DNA of 24,000 nucleotides from an uncultured Desulfosarcina sp. (GTDB lineage: Bacteria > Desulfobacterota > Desulfobacteria > Desulfobacterales > Desulfosarcinaceae): positions 803,806 through 827,805 of the forward strand of contig CAXXWQ010000004.1 in the NCBI GenBank assembly GCA_963674945.2, written 5' to 3'. This document shows, piece after piece, positions 23,991-24,000 of this stretch. The notes beneath the pieces were generated by a model. That model was not told where the DNA came from. It worked only from the letters and a program-made list of their open reading frames with translations, and did no database searches. The translations under genes and the position numbers were made by a program. How positions within the stretch are numbered: the first letter of the stretch is position 1; each line of letters opens with the position of its first letter.

Positions 23991-24000
23991 ACCTTTACTG

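Overview
This is a 24-kb mosaic accessory region, heavily populated by IS elements, that reads like part of a plasmid or integrative-conjugative element. The taxon cannot be determined from the sequence alone. No rRNA, tRNA or CRISPR array was seen.

Contents from left to right:
- The 3' end of a ParB-like gene.
- An intact AbiEi/AbiEii pair (type IV toxin-antitoxin / abortive infection).
- A truncated BrnT with an intact BrnA.
- A 1154-bp IS5-superfamily IS with a 6-bp target duplication and a split transposase.
- The C-terminal remnant of a UvrD-like helicase.
- An IS1380-family IS.
- A three-gene minus-strand operon with a palindromic promoter/operator: XRE-HTH fused to an ImmA/IrrE metallopeptidase, a PIN-like nuclease, and a 147-aa unknown.
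- An IS1595-family IS with 23-bp IRs and an 8-bp TSD.
- An HU gene.
- An IHF-like gene split after codon 6 by an IS427-type IS5-family element.
- A plus-strand module resembling a conjugative leading region: tandem-OB SSB, RepB-type primase-like protein, DUF932, RadC-like JAB protein, a 117-aa unknown, and an integrase-domain (tyrosine-recombinase-like) protein.

The most interesting unexplained signal is a ~90-nt structured leader present in two diverged copies, one in front of the DUF932 gene and one in front of the radC-like gene. The copies show compensatory base changes and carry pyrimidine tracts that can sequester the Shine-Dalgarno sequence.

The right third differs in composition and is visibly GC-richer from about 17.7 to 21.4 kb. 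It holds an MBL hydrolase, a Cys-type arylsulfatase and a lipoprotein, followed by a frameshifted DUF1016/YhcG nuclease gene, a GIY-YIG protein, and IS66-like and IS110-like remnants.
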